Position numbers and translations under genes: made by a program
Part shown: in pieces, positions 63,926 to 64,000 of the stretch
How the letters are laid out: every line of letters begins with the position of its first letter
How positions within the stretch are numbered: position 1 is the first letter of the stretch
Assembly (NCBI GenBank): GCA_963674745.2
Contig: CAXXDV010000002.1
Coordinates: 67,628-131,627, forward strand
Length of the DNA stretch: 64,000 nt
Source of the DNA: Desulfosudaceae bacterium
Lineage (GTDB): Bacteria > Desulfobacterota > Desulfobacteria > Desulfobacterales > Desulfosudaceae
Direction: 5' to 3'
Notes under the pieces: model-generated
Told to the model about the DNA's origin: nothing
Database searches by the model: none
Seen by the model: the letters and a program-made list of their open reading frames with translations, nothing else

Positions 63926-64000
63926 AAAGGAAACCGGCCCTCTCATTGCCCGCAGAAATGACGATCCCGGCCGAGTCCATACCTTACCCTTGCCGAAAAA

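Noticed and set aside
63191..63961. Short ORFs in the terminal region
   Set aside because: They overlap palindromic repeats, are not protein-like, and lack RBSs.

Overview
This is a 64 kb window from a GC-rich bacterium. Gene content (AhbB, multiheme cytochrome, selenoprotein, sigma-54 activator) suggests Desulfobacterota/Deltaproteobacteria; that assignment is inference. (1) 393-32425 is a ~32 kb run of co-oriented minus-strand genes. It contains an unusual Tad/Flp pilus locus: two Flp pilins, three pseudopilins, CpaB, a BON-secretin, a fused CpaE-CpaF, a TadB with an inserted TPR, an extra PilB/GspE ATPase, and TadC. The locus runs into three membrane FHA proteins, a transmembrane Ser/Thr kinase, an exported caspase-family protease, CsgG-like and DUF799-like proteins, two paralogous exported proteins, TolC and a MacA-like adaptor. 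Upstream lie an adenylate cyclase-FHA, a transglutaminase-like protein, a 1276-aa repeat protein and a thioredoxin-fold lipoprotein lacking CxxC. This is the best candidate for an undescribed system: a phosphothreonine-controlled, Kil-like contact apparatus. (2) 32.5-54 kb is mostly lipid/acyl-CoA and housekeeping genes. It includes a selenoprotein missed by the ORF track (UshA-like fold with C-G-U motif plus four heme motifs; in-frame UGA followed by a SECIS-like hairpin). (3) 54.1-64 kb is a polymorphic-toxin region bracketed by palindromic repeats. It has a 5'-truncated alpha/beta-hydrolase effector with two tandem immunity-like paralogs, and an orphan Rhs with a papain-like toxin tip, a membrane immunity gene and a palindromic repeat inserted in frame. 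I saw no rRNA, tRNA, CRISPR array or transposase. All family names come from motif recognition by eye, not database searches.
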